Made by a program: the position numbers and the translations under genes. Positions 50,878 to 62,200 of a DNA stretch of 64,000 nucleotides are shown here, piece after piece; position 1 is the first letter of the stretch; each line of letters starts with the position of its first letter. Source of the DNA: Halocafeteria seosinensis (lineage: Eukaryota); assembly GCA_001687465.1 (NCBI GenBank), contig LVLI01001229.1:1-64000 (forward strand), in the 5' to 3' direction. The notes under the pieces are model-generated. The model worked only from the letters and a program-made list of their open reading frames with translations. It was not told the DNA's origin and did not search any database.

Positions 50878-52718
50878 TTTACTCCGTCCGAGCATACCGA
50901 AGTGGAATTGAGAATTTATCTTTTACGGACTATTGTATACAGCAAGAGCACTTTTAGCGACACGAGCATAAACTATCAGGTGCGACAAGCACTTCACTTA
51001 CAACTCGACGGGACCGCTACTGTGGATAGCTCTGTAACAGGAATGAAAGCAACGTATGCAATTCCTTTTGCGAAAGAGGATAAACAAGCATAGAATCCAA
51101 CGACATTTTCATAGCACTGCACTTGACGATCATACATACCTAGCAGTGCGACGCTACTACTCGCAAACACCCTATCCCGTTGCACTACACCAATCTTGCA
51201 CTCCATTCATACACTCGTGTTGCATGTTGCTAACACTTGATACACTTACCATATGCCTCCATGGTTATGAAAGGAGGGAATTCGTGGACAGTAGGGCATA
51301 AATTGCCAAGCCACGAGTCGACGGGTCGCCATTGGAGAATGGAGCTGCTATTCGTAGACCCCTGTAGCCGATTAGTCTTACGGGATAAATCAACACCAGT
51401 TAGATGATTCAGCTAATAACATGCGATCCACAATAAGAAAATCAGAAAGGGGTGGACAAAAGTTGCTGGTGCCCATTTCGGTCGGTCAAGACTCACTGTG
51501 AGTCGGGATGCAAGGATGCATGAGGTGAGCGAACGTCAAATAATTCAGCGCCTACCTGTGATTCTACACTATCAAGCGTTGGGTAGGGTACAGTACATGT
51601 CATGTACTGCGGCGGGTACAGATGTAGCCACCCCACGAGACCTCCACGCCTCGCCTCCTTGGAACTTTCAGGGTGTGCGAAGGATCTTCCTTTCACTCCG
51701 TCTTTCACTCCGTACGGTATGTGTACTTAGGAAAGTAGACAATCTTCCAATAGGCAGACTTACTTTAGTTTAATGTCTCCTCTCTATCCAGTTCGCTGTT
51801 CTGCGCTGCTGACAACTCAACACGTTCGCAACTGCACTGCAGCAGCATTCGTTGTTGGCTTACAACCACGTTTCCTATTCCTGATGAAAATGCATACCAA
51901 GACATTGCAATGTGATGCTATGGAAGCGTTCCATGTCAGTTGAAGGCGATGCGGTCGGCTGCATCGATCCTTGACGACCTTGACTCGCGCGAATGCTTCC
52001 GTCCTCCGAGTTTTCAGAGCGGATCAATCAGCAAGCACAGACCAATCCGTATCCTTTTGACAACCTCCTAAACTATCCGTCTATGAGGATGATGCTTTCG
52101 TCTACCTTCGTCCTCTATGGACTCCGTGGTAGCGCGAGGTGCATACACTGTTAGGCTTCAACCATTTTTGTTCCCTTTTCGGGCCCCTCGCTTGATTCCT
52201 CGGCCCGTGTACAGAGGACCGCCAGTTTGCCGGATGGATTTTTGTTCCCTCGGGAAGTCCCTTTCCGGATTCCTGAATCGGTCGCTTACACATGAATTTG
52301 TGAAATTTACCATGAGTCGTCGCAATTACGCTTCTACAGTCGTATATTCAAGAGTTGACTGTGGGAATACTGTGTCTACACTGTATACACAGCACGAAAA
52401 TTAAGTTTCTCGTTCATCTTACCTCGTCCTTTGACGAACGTGCTGGGAGTCCGCCAACGCTGTCCAGTCGCCTTTTCCACAGCCACACCGACAAGCGACA
52501 ATAGCTTACGTAAACTGGAGCTGTAGCAAGACAGACTAGCTTCACTTGGTGAGCGATTAAATTTTACTCGTACATGTCCAGCACTCAAGTGCCGGCGTAT
52601 ATACAAGGTGTAGTTCATTATTCAAGTCGATCGAGAAACCAAGAAGAGCCGGCGAACGCCACTTCGCGCGTTTCTTTTCCCCGTGTTGACTCGCAACACC
52701 GTTACCAGCTGCGATACA

Positions 52719-55700
52719 ATGGAAAGAAGTGTCGCGACGTCAATTGAGACCGGTAGGCCATGTAAGATCACTTCGACGTTTGCTGAAGTCGGGAAAATGC
52801 GTTCCTGGGCTCTTGCGGTACAGGAACCAACCTCGTTGGGAAGCAAAACTTCCATGATGGGATGGTCCACTTTGCTTCTCACACTAGTCTTTTTTGGTTC
52901 AATACCAATTGGGGCGAACAATTTACGAACTCGTATAGAAGACGGGGATGAATCGTGTATTGCTTACTATTTGAGTGAAAAGCACTTCCAGCAACTACTG
53001 GATAATCCTTGGAAAGATCTACCAGTAGGACATGTAGCCTGTGATTCGATATCATTGGTACATCTGTTGATCCACTTATTCACTCTGTTGGGCGCAGCGC
53101 AGTTAGTTAATACCTTGTTCACCAGTCAAGGCAACCACTATTACCACCAGTTTTCGTCAAAGAATGATTTCCAAATAAATGGACTCGGGATAGAATCTGG
53201 CGAAGTATGCTGGAAAGGAGCGGTCAGTCAGGAAATTGATCTGCTTCGTTTGGGCAGCAAGAAGTTGGCACGACGTCAAGTCCACTTACATTCCACAGGG
53301 AGTATCATGCGAATCCTTCTGTGCCTTATCTCTACATGCGCATTGGTATGGAATGGCACTGAAGCAGCTGATTTGCGAGAGAATATCCGTGCTGGGAACG
53401 AATCTTGCTTTCAGTACTTCCCGAGGGACAATCTCTTTCGCATGAGCTGTACTGCCCTCAATTGGACCGACCATGGATACGATGGTAACACTCACATCTC
53501 GCTGGATGCCAACGAAGTATTTGATGGTGGTGGAGGTGAAGGAAATATCATTGAGTTAAAGAACCTTAGGCAAGGCTTTTATGGCTTGGTTAAGGTTATT
53601 AATGATGGAAATAACATTACATCCTTGGATGAAGCTCCTTTGATTCGGAATGTTCACGTCAAGAATGGGAATACTGCAGACAATGGTGGCTTTATTGTTC
53701 GAAGAAACCAAAAATATTTTATCGTGGATTCATGTAGCTCAACAGGCAAAATCACTAATGAGGCTGGTGGTATATGTGGTCAGTTTGCGGGGGAAAACGG
53801 AGGCAACATCCAGATGTTGAATTCCCGCTCTACAGGGACACTACAGGGTTTTGTAGCAGGTGGTATCACAGGAACAGATGCAGGATACAATAATGGAACT
53901 GTTAATATCACCCAGTGCTATTCCACTGGGGCGATTGAAGGAGAGTTGGCAGGTGGCATCTGTGGATGGGGTGCTGGTACTACGAATGGTCATGTGTATA
54001 TCACGCAATCGTATTCCACAGGAACTATTCATGGGGACGACAGTGGTGGTATCACGGGGGATCCTACAGCAGATGATAATGGTGAAGTATACATTAGAGA
54101 TTGTTATACGCGCGGAAATATTGAGGGTGATAGAGCAGGAGGGATTACAGGGGGAGGAACCTTGGGAGCACCAGGCGCTCTGTACATAACGAATACATAT
54201 GCTTCCGGTATTGTCCATGATCCAAATGGCGGTGGAATCATTGGACATATACATGATGGCGCAAGTGGCGTTATCAACGTGCAATATTCGGTGTATAATG
54301 GCTCAGAGGGGGCTGCTATGGTAGGCCTCGACAACTCTCCAGCGGGTGTTTTGAATCACACCGGTAATTCCGACACTTTGGATGACATACGAGGTCAACT
54401 GTATTATTACGACGGCGTTCAGCAATGGGGTAACGACACCTGGGCTCTCAATGGCACCAATACGTTGCCTATTTTGCGCTTTCAGCTGAGGAGTATGTCG
54501 AACTCTACTAAAACGGAGGATGATGACATTTCATTTCCAATGCGTACGCCTACGGTGACCCCGACACACACCACCACGGCAACTCCAAGTGTAACTCCCA
54601 CACCGTGTAGTACGACCAGTACCCCGTCAACAACACCAAACTTGGAGGCGGTTACCCCCACGCCTACCTTAACCCCTACATCGACGGAGACGCCCGATTT
54701 GCGGGAGAATATCCGTGCTGGGAAGGAAGCTTGTTTCCAGTATTTTCCGACCGAGGATCTCTTTCGCATGAGCTGTACTGTCCTCGATTGGGCCGACCAT
54801 GGATACAATGGTAACACCCACATCTCGCTGGATGGCAACGAAGTATTTGATGGCGGAGGTGGTGAGGGAAATATCATTGAGTTAAAGAACCTTAGGCAAG
54901 GCTTCCATGGATTGGTTAAGGTTATTGATGATGGAAATAACATTACATCCTTGGATGAAGCTCCCTTGATTCGGAATGTTCACGTCAAGAATGGGGATAC
55001 TGCCGAAGACGGTGGATTTATTGTTCGAGAAAAGCAAAAATATTTTATCGTGGATTCATGTAGCTCAACAGGCAAAATCACTAGTGACTGGGCTGGTGGT
55101 ATGTGTGGTCCGTTTGCGGGGGAAAACGGAGGCCACATTAAGATATCAAATTCCCACTCTACAGGGACAATACAGGGTTTTGTAGCAGGTGGTATCACAG
55201 GAACAGTTGCAGGATACAAAAATGGAACTGTTAATATAACCCAATGTTACTCCACTGGGGGAATTGAACGCCAATGGGCAGGTGGTATCTGTGGAGGAGC
55301 GGCTGGGTATAATCGTGGTCATGTGTATATTACACAATCTTATTCCACAGGAACAATTCGTGGGGACGACAGTGGTGGTATTACTGGAGATGCTACAGCA
55401 TATAGTAATGGTGAAGTATACATTAGAGGTTGTTATACGCGAGGAAATATTGAGGGTGACAGAGCAGGAGGAATTACAGGGGCAAACACAGGGGGCTGGA
55501 CTGGAGCAGCAGCAGGCAATGTATCCATAATGAATACATATGCTTCCGGTATTGTCCATGATCCGAATGGTGGTGGAATCATTGGAGAAATTCCTTCTGA
55601 CGCGAGTGGTGCTATCAACGTAAAATATTCGGTGTATAATGGCTCAGAGGGGGCTGCTATGGTAGGCGTCGACAACTCTCCAGCGGGTGTTTTGAACCAC

Positions 55701-58055
55701 ACCGGTAATTCCGACACTTTGGATGATATACGAGGTCAACTGTATCACTATCAAGGAGTTCAACAATGGGATGATGAAACTTGGGCTCTCAACGGCACCG
55801 ATACGTTGCCCGTTTTGCGCTTTCAGCTGACGATACCTCCGCCTAAGATCGTGGATGGGCCACGGATGGACCCTCTGGAATCCTTGATAATCATTTCATT
55901 TGACGTAGCGACGAACCGCGGTGGAACAGACATAGTGTTTGACTGTCTGGATTTGCTGTATTCGGAGATCGGGAGGAATGCGGCAGTGTTCAGTGAATGC
56001 TACTGGGTCAGTGATAAAGAACTATACATTGAATTACGGTCGCCTGAGGTAACTCGCCAAGAGTTTGGTAAAGCAATCTCCGTAGGAAGCAATGTGATCC
56101 TTATTGGAGGATTGATTCAACGCCACGAAGCATCTGCAGCCCACTCATGGGCAAATTTAACTGTAGGTCCCAGCGAGGGGCTTCCTTCAGTAGACTTTGA
56201 CGTCGACTACTCGGAGGTACTTACGTTATGTGAAGACTTGGAAGCTAAGGTGACGTATGCTCTTGGAGGTAGCCGTTCTAGAGGCATTAGTTGGACATGG
56301 TCATTACGTTCTGTTGTCCTTGAGGATGGAACTGATATTACTTTCTCCAATGCTACGGGAGTGCTACGTTCTGTAGTAACGTGGGCAAATACGGAAAACC
56401 TTGATTCCATCTTCCTCTCTCAAGAGAACTCGCCGAAGGGGTCCACGATTAGGCTAGCTTTGAAAGGGGAAAACGTATACGGAAGCTCCAAAGAAAAGCA
56501 CATCAAGCTAAAGATTGAGCAAAACTCTCGTCCTTCCATAGTATTCCATGAGGAACCTGGAGGATCGATTGAGAGTGCCGAAGAGGCAGTGTTCCGATTG
56601 TCGTCCTCTTTGCTAACATGCTCTTTCTCCAACATTAGCAACCCATCAGAGTTTACGTTTAGTTATACGTGGTCTGTACTCGATCCCGACGGAGTGGCTT
56701 TGGATATATCGGACTTCTTGACTCCCGATCCTAGCAGGTTGGTCATCCCTGAAAAATCTCTGGTTCCGTTCATCGATCCGCATGTTGTTCACATTGACGT
56801 AACTGCGGAGACCCAGCGGCAGCGTTTAACAAACTCGCGAGACAAAAGTTTGAATGTGACTCCCAGTTCTGTGACTGCCATTATAGAGGGCGGTAGTCGT
56901 ACTGCCCGCGTATCCTCAAAACTGGTTCTAAATGCCGTCAACAGTAAGAGTCCAGACGAAGACTTGGTGAATCTTCCATCTGGTTGGAAGTTTGGGAAGC
57001 GGTTCTCTTGGGAATGCGAGATGAAGGGTGTCAACTGCACTGCCCTCTTCATCAATGCTGAGTCCACCAAGGTCGGGAAAGCACTGGAAATCGAACCGGC
57101 TAATCTGGAGGACTTAAAAGCTCAAGTCAGCCCAGAAGGAGACCTTCCAGTGCATTTCACAGTCTCGGTCAGCTTAGACCTGGACCGTGGAACTGGTTCC
57201 ATCATTCACTCAGAAGACTCCCAGTCTGTTACAATTACCCTGGTGGGGGCAGTAGTACCCACTGTCTTTTCTGAGAACTTCTACCCTGTAAAAGCACCAA
57301 GGAGCACTGTAGGGGATCACTCATATTTTTCAATCAACCCTGGATCAGAACTGCGCTTAAAGGCTCGGATAAACGAGTCTTTGGATACGACTGGCCGGTG
57401 GACGCTTGTGGATGAGGATGCGTTGTCGTTAGATAGTATAATCGACTCTCCCAGTGTTTCATCCAAGCAGTTGGTTATACGGCCGAACCAGCTGTTTCAG
57501 GCGAACCAATATCTTTTCCAGTATCGCAGTCAATTTGGGAATGGTTTCGACGATGATTGGGCTTCCGGATTCGCCGCATTTCGGGTGAAAGTGAATCAAC
57601 CACCTCGAGGGGGCCGCTTGCTGATTAGTCCTTCTCCTTCAAGAGGGATTGTTGGCGATGTGGACGAAGTCCAGCTCATGGCTCGGGAGTGGAAGGACGA
57701 GGATACTCCATTGCTCTATTCGTTTAGCGTGGGCTCAAGCAGCATCTTTGGCTACAGTAAAACGCTTCGCTCTGCGGAGGAACATCCAGAGATAAGAACC
57801 CCGCTTCCTACTCCTTGGCGTGGCAACACGCTGTGGATTTTTTTGGAGGTTCAAGATTCTTTGGGAGCTTCGGAGGTATATTCTCGCCAAATTTCGATTG
57901 AACGTCCATCGGCGGACCAGCTTGAACAGATTGCTAATGCTTATCAGGTAAAAACTCGTGAATGCGTGAAGCGGAAGGATGCGAATTGCGCCGCTCGCGC
58001 AGCCCGAACAGCTACCCGCGCAAAGAGCTTGGCAGTATCCATCAGATCTCTTTGA
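52719..58055 (+). CDS. Modular surface protein G4: leader - G - Thr/Pro linker - G - R (REJ-like)
   Basis: Intronless ORF 52683..58055; ATGs at 52719, 52854 and 53307, the last opening a clean signal peptide MRILLCLISTCALVWNGTEA. Two very similar G modules (~53369-54487, ~54696-55829). R module ~55836-58000 clearly paralogous to that of G3. Confidence 0.87.
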   Translation: MERSVATSIETGRPCKITSTFAEVGKMRSWALAVQEPTSLGSKTSMMGWSTLLLTLVFFGSIPIGANNLRTRIEDGDESCIAYYLSEKHFQQLLDNPWKDLPVGHVACDSISLVHLLIHLFTLLGAAQLVNTLFTSQGNHYYHQFSSKNDFQINGLGIESGEVCWKGAVSQEIDLLRLGSKKLARRQVHLHSTGSIMRILLCLISTCALVWNGTEAADLRENIRAGNESCFQYFPRDNLFRMSCTALNWTDHGYDGNTHISLDANEVFDGGGGEGNIIELKNLRQGFYGLVKVINDGNNITSLDEAPLIRNVHVKNGNTADNGGFIVRRNQKYFIVDSCSSTGKITNEAGGICGQFAGENGGNIQMLNSRSTGTLQGFVAGGITGTDAGYNNGTVNITQCYSTGAIEGELAGGICGWGAGTTNGHVYITQSYSTGTIHGDDSGGITGDPTADDNGEVYIRDCYTRGNIEGDRAGGITGGGTLGAPGALYITNTYASGIVHDPNGGGIIGHIHDGASGVINVQYSVYNGSEGAAMVGLDNSPAGVLNHTGNSDTLDDIRGQLYYYDGVQQWGNDTWALNGTNTLPILRFQLRSMSNSTKTEDDDISFPMRTPTVTPTHTTTATPSVTPTPCSTTSTPSTTPNLEAVTPTPTLTPTSTETPDLRENIRAGKEACFQYFPTEDLFRMSCTVLDWADHGYNGNTHISLDGNEVFDGGGGEGNIIELKNLRQGFHGLVKVIDDGNNITSLDEAPLIRNVHVKNGDTAEDGGFIVREKQKYFIVDSCSSTGKITSDWAGGMCGPFAGENGGHIKISNSHSTGTIQGFVAGGITGTVAGYKNGTVNITQCYSTGGIERQWAGGICGGAAGYNRGHVYITQSYSTGTIRGDDSGGITGDATAYSNGEVYIRGCYTRGNIEGDRAGGITGANTGGWTGAAAGNVSIMNTYASGIVHDPNGGGIIGEIPSDASGAINVKYSVYNGSEGAAMVGVDNSPAGVLNHTGNSDTLDDIRGQLYHYQGVQQWDDETWALNGTDTLPVLRFQLTIPPPKIVDGPRMDPLESLIIISFDVATNRGGTDIVFDCLDLLYSEIGRNAAVFSECYWVSDKELYIELRSPEVTRQEFGKAISVGSNVILIGGLIQRHEASAAHSWANLTVGPSEGLPSVDFDVDYSEVLTLCEDLEAKVTYALGGSRSRGISWTWSLRSVVLEDGTDITFSNATGVLRSVVTWANTENLDSIFLSQENSPKGSTIRLALKGENVYGSSKEKHIKLKIEQNSRPSIVFHEEPGGSIESAEEAVFRLSSSLLTCSFSNISNPSEFTFSYTWSVLDPDGVALDISDFLTPDPSRLVIPEKSLVPFIDPHVVHIDVTAETQRQRLTNSRDKSLNVTPSSVTAIIEGGSRTARVSSKLVLNAVNSKSPDEDLVNLPSGWKFGKRFSWECEMKGVNCTALFINAESTKVGKALEIEPANLEDLKAQVSPEGDLPVHFTVSVSLDLDRGTGSIIHSEDSQSVTITLVGAVVPTVFSENFYPVKAPRSTVGDHSYFSINPGSELRLKARINESLDTTGRWTLVDEDALSLDSIIDSPSVSSKQLVIRPNQLFQANQYLFQYRSQFGNGFDDDWASGFAAFRVKVNQPPRGGRLLISPSPSRGIVGDVDEVQLMAREWKDEDTPLLYSFSVGSSSIFGYSKTLRSAEEHPEIRTPLPTPWRGNTLWIFLEVQDSLGASEVYSRQISIERPSADQLEQIANAYQVKTRECVKRKDANCAARAARTATRAKSLAVSIRSL

Positions 58056-59228
58056 GTAGTGTTCCAGAGACATACCCGGCGGAATTGATAGTTGCCTTGT
58101 CTATTACACATAAACCTAGTGTGTGTTAACAGTTAACTCGTATGGCTATGGCTAGGGGTTGTGGGCTGCAAGCAAACGAGGTGTATCCTTGCCAGCAAAT
58201 AAGCACTAAGTAGCTCTTTCCAATTCACCTAACAAAATGCACAATTAGAATGTTGGGAATACAGCAGTGCAATGTGTACTTGAAGGATAATATTGGTGCG
58301 TGACACTACATGCGGTGACTCCCTGTGAGTCAGGGGCTTGCGACTTCCACCGTGTACAATGGGACTACGCCTCTTCCACCATGCTCCGGTGAGAGCGAAT
58401 TTATTATGTACATGCATTTCTAGTGACTCATACTTTGTGTATACTGCAGAAGTTTGTAGTGGGCGTTCTTCCGTGGAACAACAAGGGGTCTGGGTGTCTT
58501 ACAGGTCGTGCGAAACCTTCGCAACCGTCTTTTTGATTCAAACGTTGCTTTATATTCATTCTCGAGTCCCGTCTGGTCGCTGAAAGGCACTATGAGTGTC
58601 TCCTTGGAACTGTGAGTGTCTCCTTGGACAGTTTGTCGCCTTGGTTATGATGGCTTGTCAGCTCTTCTTGGTTCCTGGGGGGATAATTCCCCCTCCGTAA
58701 GCATTTTTACTCCCTCCGGAACGCCCCATTCCGATTCTTCAACCGTGATTACTGGACCTCGTCCCCTTTCGACGTCATGCACGCACGCTCCCACATGCAC
58801 ATTATATGTCGATATTTTTGGTTTGACATGTTGTAGGTACTCGAAGCAGTGCGCGTATGACGCTTTCATTGCTTCGTAAACTCAAGCTTTCGTGTAACTA
58901 TAGTGCAAACAGCTTATATCCAAATTGGGTGCTGTTGCGAAGTGGGCTGCAAATATTCGAACAGCATTTCTCCTCGTTCTTTCCTCTACGCGACCAGAGA
59001 TGCCCAAGTGAAATCTTTCAGGATTATAAGTGCTTTCACTTCACGTACGTAGTTTTCTTGGGTTACCCTTCATTGGTCCAAGAGGTTTGTTAGCACGTGT
59101 GGCGGTCATGGAGTGGAGAGCCAGTCCACCGAAGCGGGCGTTTTTTCTCGTTCCCTACTTGTTTTGACTGGCAGCTGCTGTTAGTGCCCCAAATTTTGCT
59201 ACTGTGATACTCTGTACTAGTTGCAGAC

Positions 59229-62200
59229 ATGAAGTTGCGTGCCTTCGATCCACCGCTTACTGCGGGTTCATTTGGAGCTCTGATGCTCTTATGTCGTGTT
59301 GGCGAACTCGTTCCTGTTCCCGAAAACCCTCGATGGATCAGGGAATTGCTTCAAATTGGAGATTTATTTCAAACCACCTTACTTGTTTTGGCACTTTCAG
59401 TATTATACACTGTTGGACCCCTACGCATTATACGCTACATCCGCTTAGCCAGACTGGTCGAGCATGGCGATAGCGGCGAACGCTTCCAATGCCGAAGCAG
59501 CTATTGTGCGGGAACGGACCTATGGCTGCTGGTCTTCTTGAGTATAGCGCTGTTACAAACTCTATGGGATACTGTCCAGGAGCATGGCCAGTGGCGCATC
59601 ATACACTTTCCACCGGGTACACATCAGAGTTGTTCAGGGTGTGCCCTGAATCAACCGTACAGCAAATCCAACTCTCAGTTGAGCCTTCACAAACAACATA
59701 TTCTGGATCTGGTAGCAATAAGTATTATTGGTGAAGCTGTATCTGCAGTTGTCCGATTCTTCTGTGGTAAACAGCTCCGGAAGATAGCCTCTCCAGAAGT
59801 GCGTCCAGTAAGCAGGAGACAACAATTCAAGCGAAAGAAAATGCGGTTTTCCTTTGTGGGTCTACTTGTGTCCTTGAGTGCGACTCCCATCTTGGTTTCA
59901 CGAGCGACGGCGACTGCTACTACAACGGCAACACCTCAGCCATCAAACTCCCCTTCCTTATCACCGTCCCAAAGTCCTACATGGAGTGCTACCTCCTCGG
60001 TAACCCCTACAGAGAGCTCTACGTCATCGATAACTCCTTCACCCAGTGCTACGGGCTCGGTAACCCCTTCAACGACTGGTACGTCTTCATTTACTCCGTC
60101 AACGAGTGCTACACCTGCCGAAACGCCTTCCGCGAGTACTACATCTTCGACAACACCTTTTGCGAGTACTACGTCTTCATTCACTCAGTCGACGAGCTCC
60201 ACACCTTCGGAAACGTCTTCCATGAGCCCTACGTCATCGATAACTCCTTCACCCAGTGCTACGGGCTCGGTAACCCCTTCAGCAAGTGGTACGTCATTGG
60301 TCGCTTCAGCGAGTACTACGCCTTCATTTACTCCGTCAACGAGTGCTACACCTGCCGAAACGCCTTCCGCGAGTACTACATCTTCGACAACACCTTTTGC
60401 GAGTACTACGTCCTCATTCACTCCGTCGACGAGCTCCACACCTTCGGAAACGTCTTCCATGAGCCCTACGTCATCGATAACTCCTTCACCCAGTGCTACG
60501 GGCTCGGTAACCCCTTCAACGACTGGTACGTCATTGGTCGCTTCAGCGAGTGCTACGCCTTCGGAAACGGCTTCTATGAGTACTACATCTTCGACAACAC
60601 CTTCTGCGAGTACTACGTCATCGATAACTCCTTCACCCAGTGCTACGGGCTCGGTAACCCCTTCAGCAAGTGGTACGTCATTGGTCGCTTCAGCGAGTAC
60701 TACGCCTTCATTTACTCCGTCAACGAGTGCTACACCTGCCGAAACGCCTTCCGCGAGTACTACATCTTCGACAACACCTTCTGCGAGTACTACGTCCTCA
60801 TTCACTCCGTCGACGAGCTCCACACCTTCGGAAACGTCTTCCATTAGCCCTACGTCATCGATAACTCCTTCACCCAGTGCTACGGGCTCGGTAACTCCTT
60901 CAGCGACTGGTACGTCATTGGTCGCTTCAGCGAGTACTACGCCTTCATTTACTCCGTCAACGAGTGCTACACCTGCCGAAACGCCTTCCGCGAGTACTAC
61001 ATCTTCGACAACACCTTCTGCGAGTACTACGTCTTCCCTCACTCCGTCGACGAGCTCCACACCTTCGGAAACGTCTTCCATTAGCCCTTCGTCATCGATA
61101 ACTCCTTCACCCAGTGCTACGGGCTCGGTAACTCCTTCAACGACTGGTACGTCATTGGTCGCTTCAGCGAGTGCTACACCTTCGGAAACGTCTTCCATGA
61201 GCCCTACGTCATCGATAACTCCTTCACCCAGTGCTACGGGCTCGGTAACTCCTTCAACGACTGGTACGTCATTGGTCGCTTCAGCGAGTGCTACACCTTC
61301 GGAAACGGCTTCTATGAGTACTACACCTTCGGAAACCCCTTCGACGAGTGGTACGTCTTCGACAACGCCTTCCACGAGTACTACATCTGTGGTAGCGCCT
61401 TCTGCGAGTACTACGCCTTCATTTACTCCGTCAACAAGTGCTACACCTGCCGAAACGCCTTCCGCGAATACTACATCTTCGACAACACCGTCTGCGAGTA
61501 CTACGTCTTCCCTCACTCCGTCGACGAGCTCCACACCTTCGGAAACGTCTTCCATTAGCCCTACGTCATCGATAACTCCTTCACCCAGTGCTACGGGCTC
61601 GGTAACTCCTTCAACGACTGGTACGTCATTGGTCGCTTCAGCGAGTACTACGTCTTCATTTACTCCGTCAACGAGTGCTACACCTTCCGAAACGCCTTCC
61701 ACGAGTACTACATCTTCGACAACACCTTCTGCGAGTACCACGCCTTCATTAACTCCGTCAACGAGTGCTACGTTGTTGGTACCTGTTTCTGTGAGTGCTA
61801 CGTCGTCAATAAGTCCGCAGGCATCCAGGTCTCCTTCCATGACCACATCAGAAAGTTCGACAGGCGAAACAATGGAACTGACACCCACCCTGGCCAAGAG
61901 CCACAGCGTTACCCCTACCAGTAGCCCTACGGGGGAAAATGTGTCAGAGACTACTCAATTCCTTATTGATACCCTTGATTCATTGGAGGCAGGCTACGAC
62001 TTTGCCGTTAATGATAAAACGACTGTTAGCGATTTTATAGGAGCCTTGACGCCTATTGCGGAGTCCAGTGCACTTACTGCTGCTGTCGGGGAGCGGGTAT
62101 TAAATTTGCTTAATCGGGTTCTCAAGTCCAATTTTGATCCAAGTACGGATCAATTTCGGTACGGTAATAGCCTCAGCGACGAGGCTGTTACAATAATATC

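Noticed and set aside
51591..51609. Perfect 9-bp palindrome CAGTACATG-T-CATGTACTG, and short tandem duplications at ~33459-33494, ~51690-51713 and ~58593-58628
   Set aside because: Isolated and short; expected from chance or slippage, with no supporting context.
53369..55829. Diversity-generating retroelement (TR/VR pair) explaining the twin G modules
   Set aside because: Differences are not confined to adenines and include indels, both copies are in frame in one gene, and no reverse transcriptase is present in the window.
59981..60847. 288-aa Tyr/Cys/Phe-rich repeat ORF
   Set aside because: Alternative frame of the same minisatellite; it ends at a stop created by an ATG-to-ATT change in one unit.
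59990..61800. CRISPR-like array
   Set aside because: The units abut with no unique spacers, keep the reading frame, and lie in a eukaryotic gene with no cas genes nearby.
60185..61897. 570-aa acidic Val/Glu/Gly/Asp ORF on the minus strand
   Set aside because: Antisense shadow of the S/T/P minisatellite. The + frame is continuous with a signal peptide and with modules homologous to G3.
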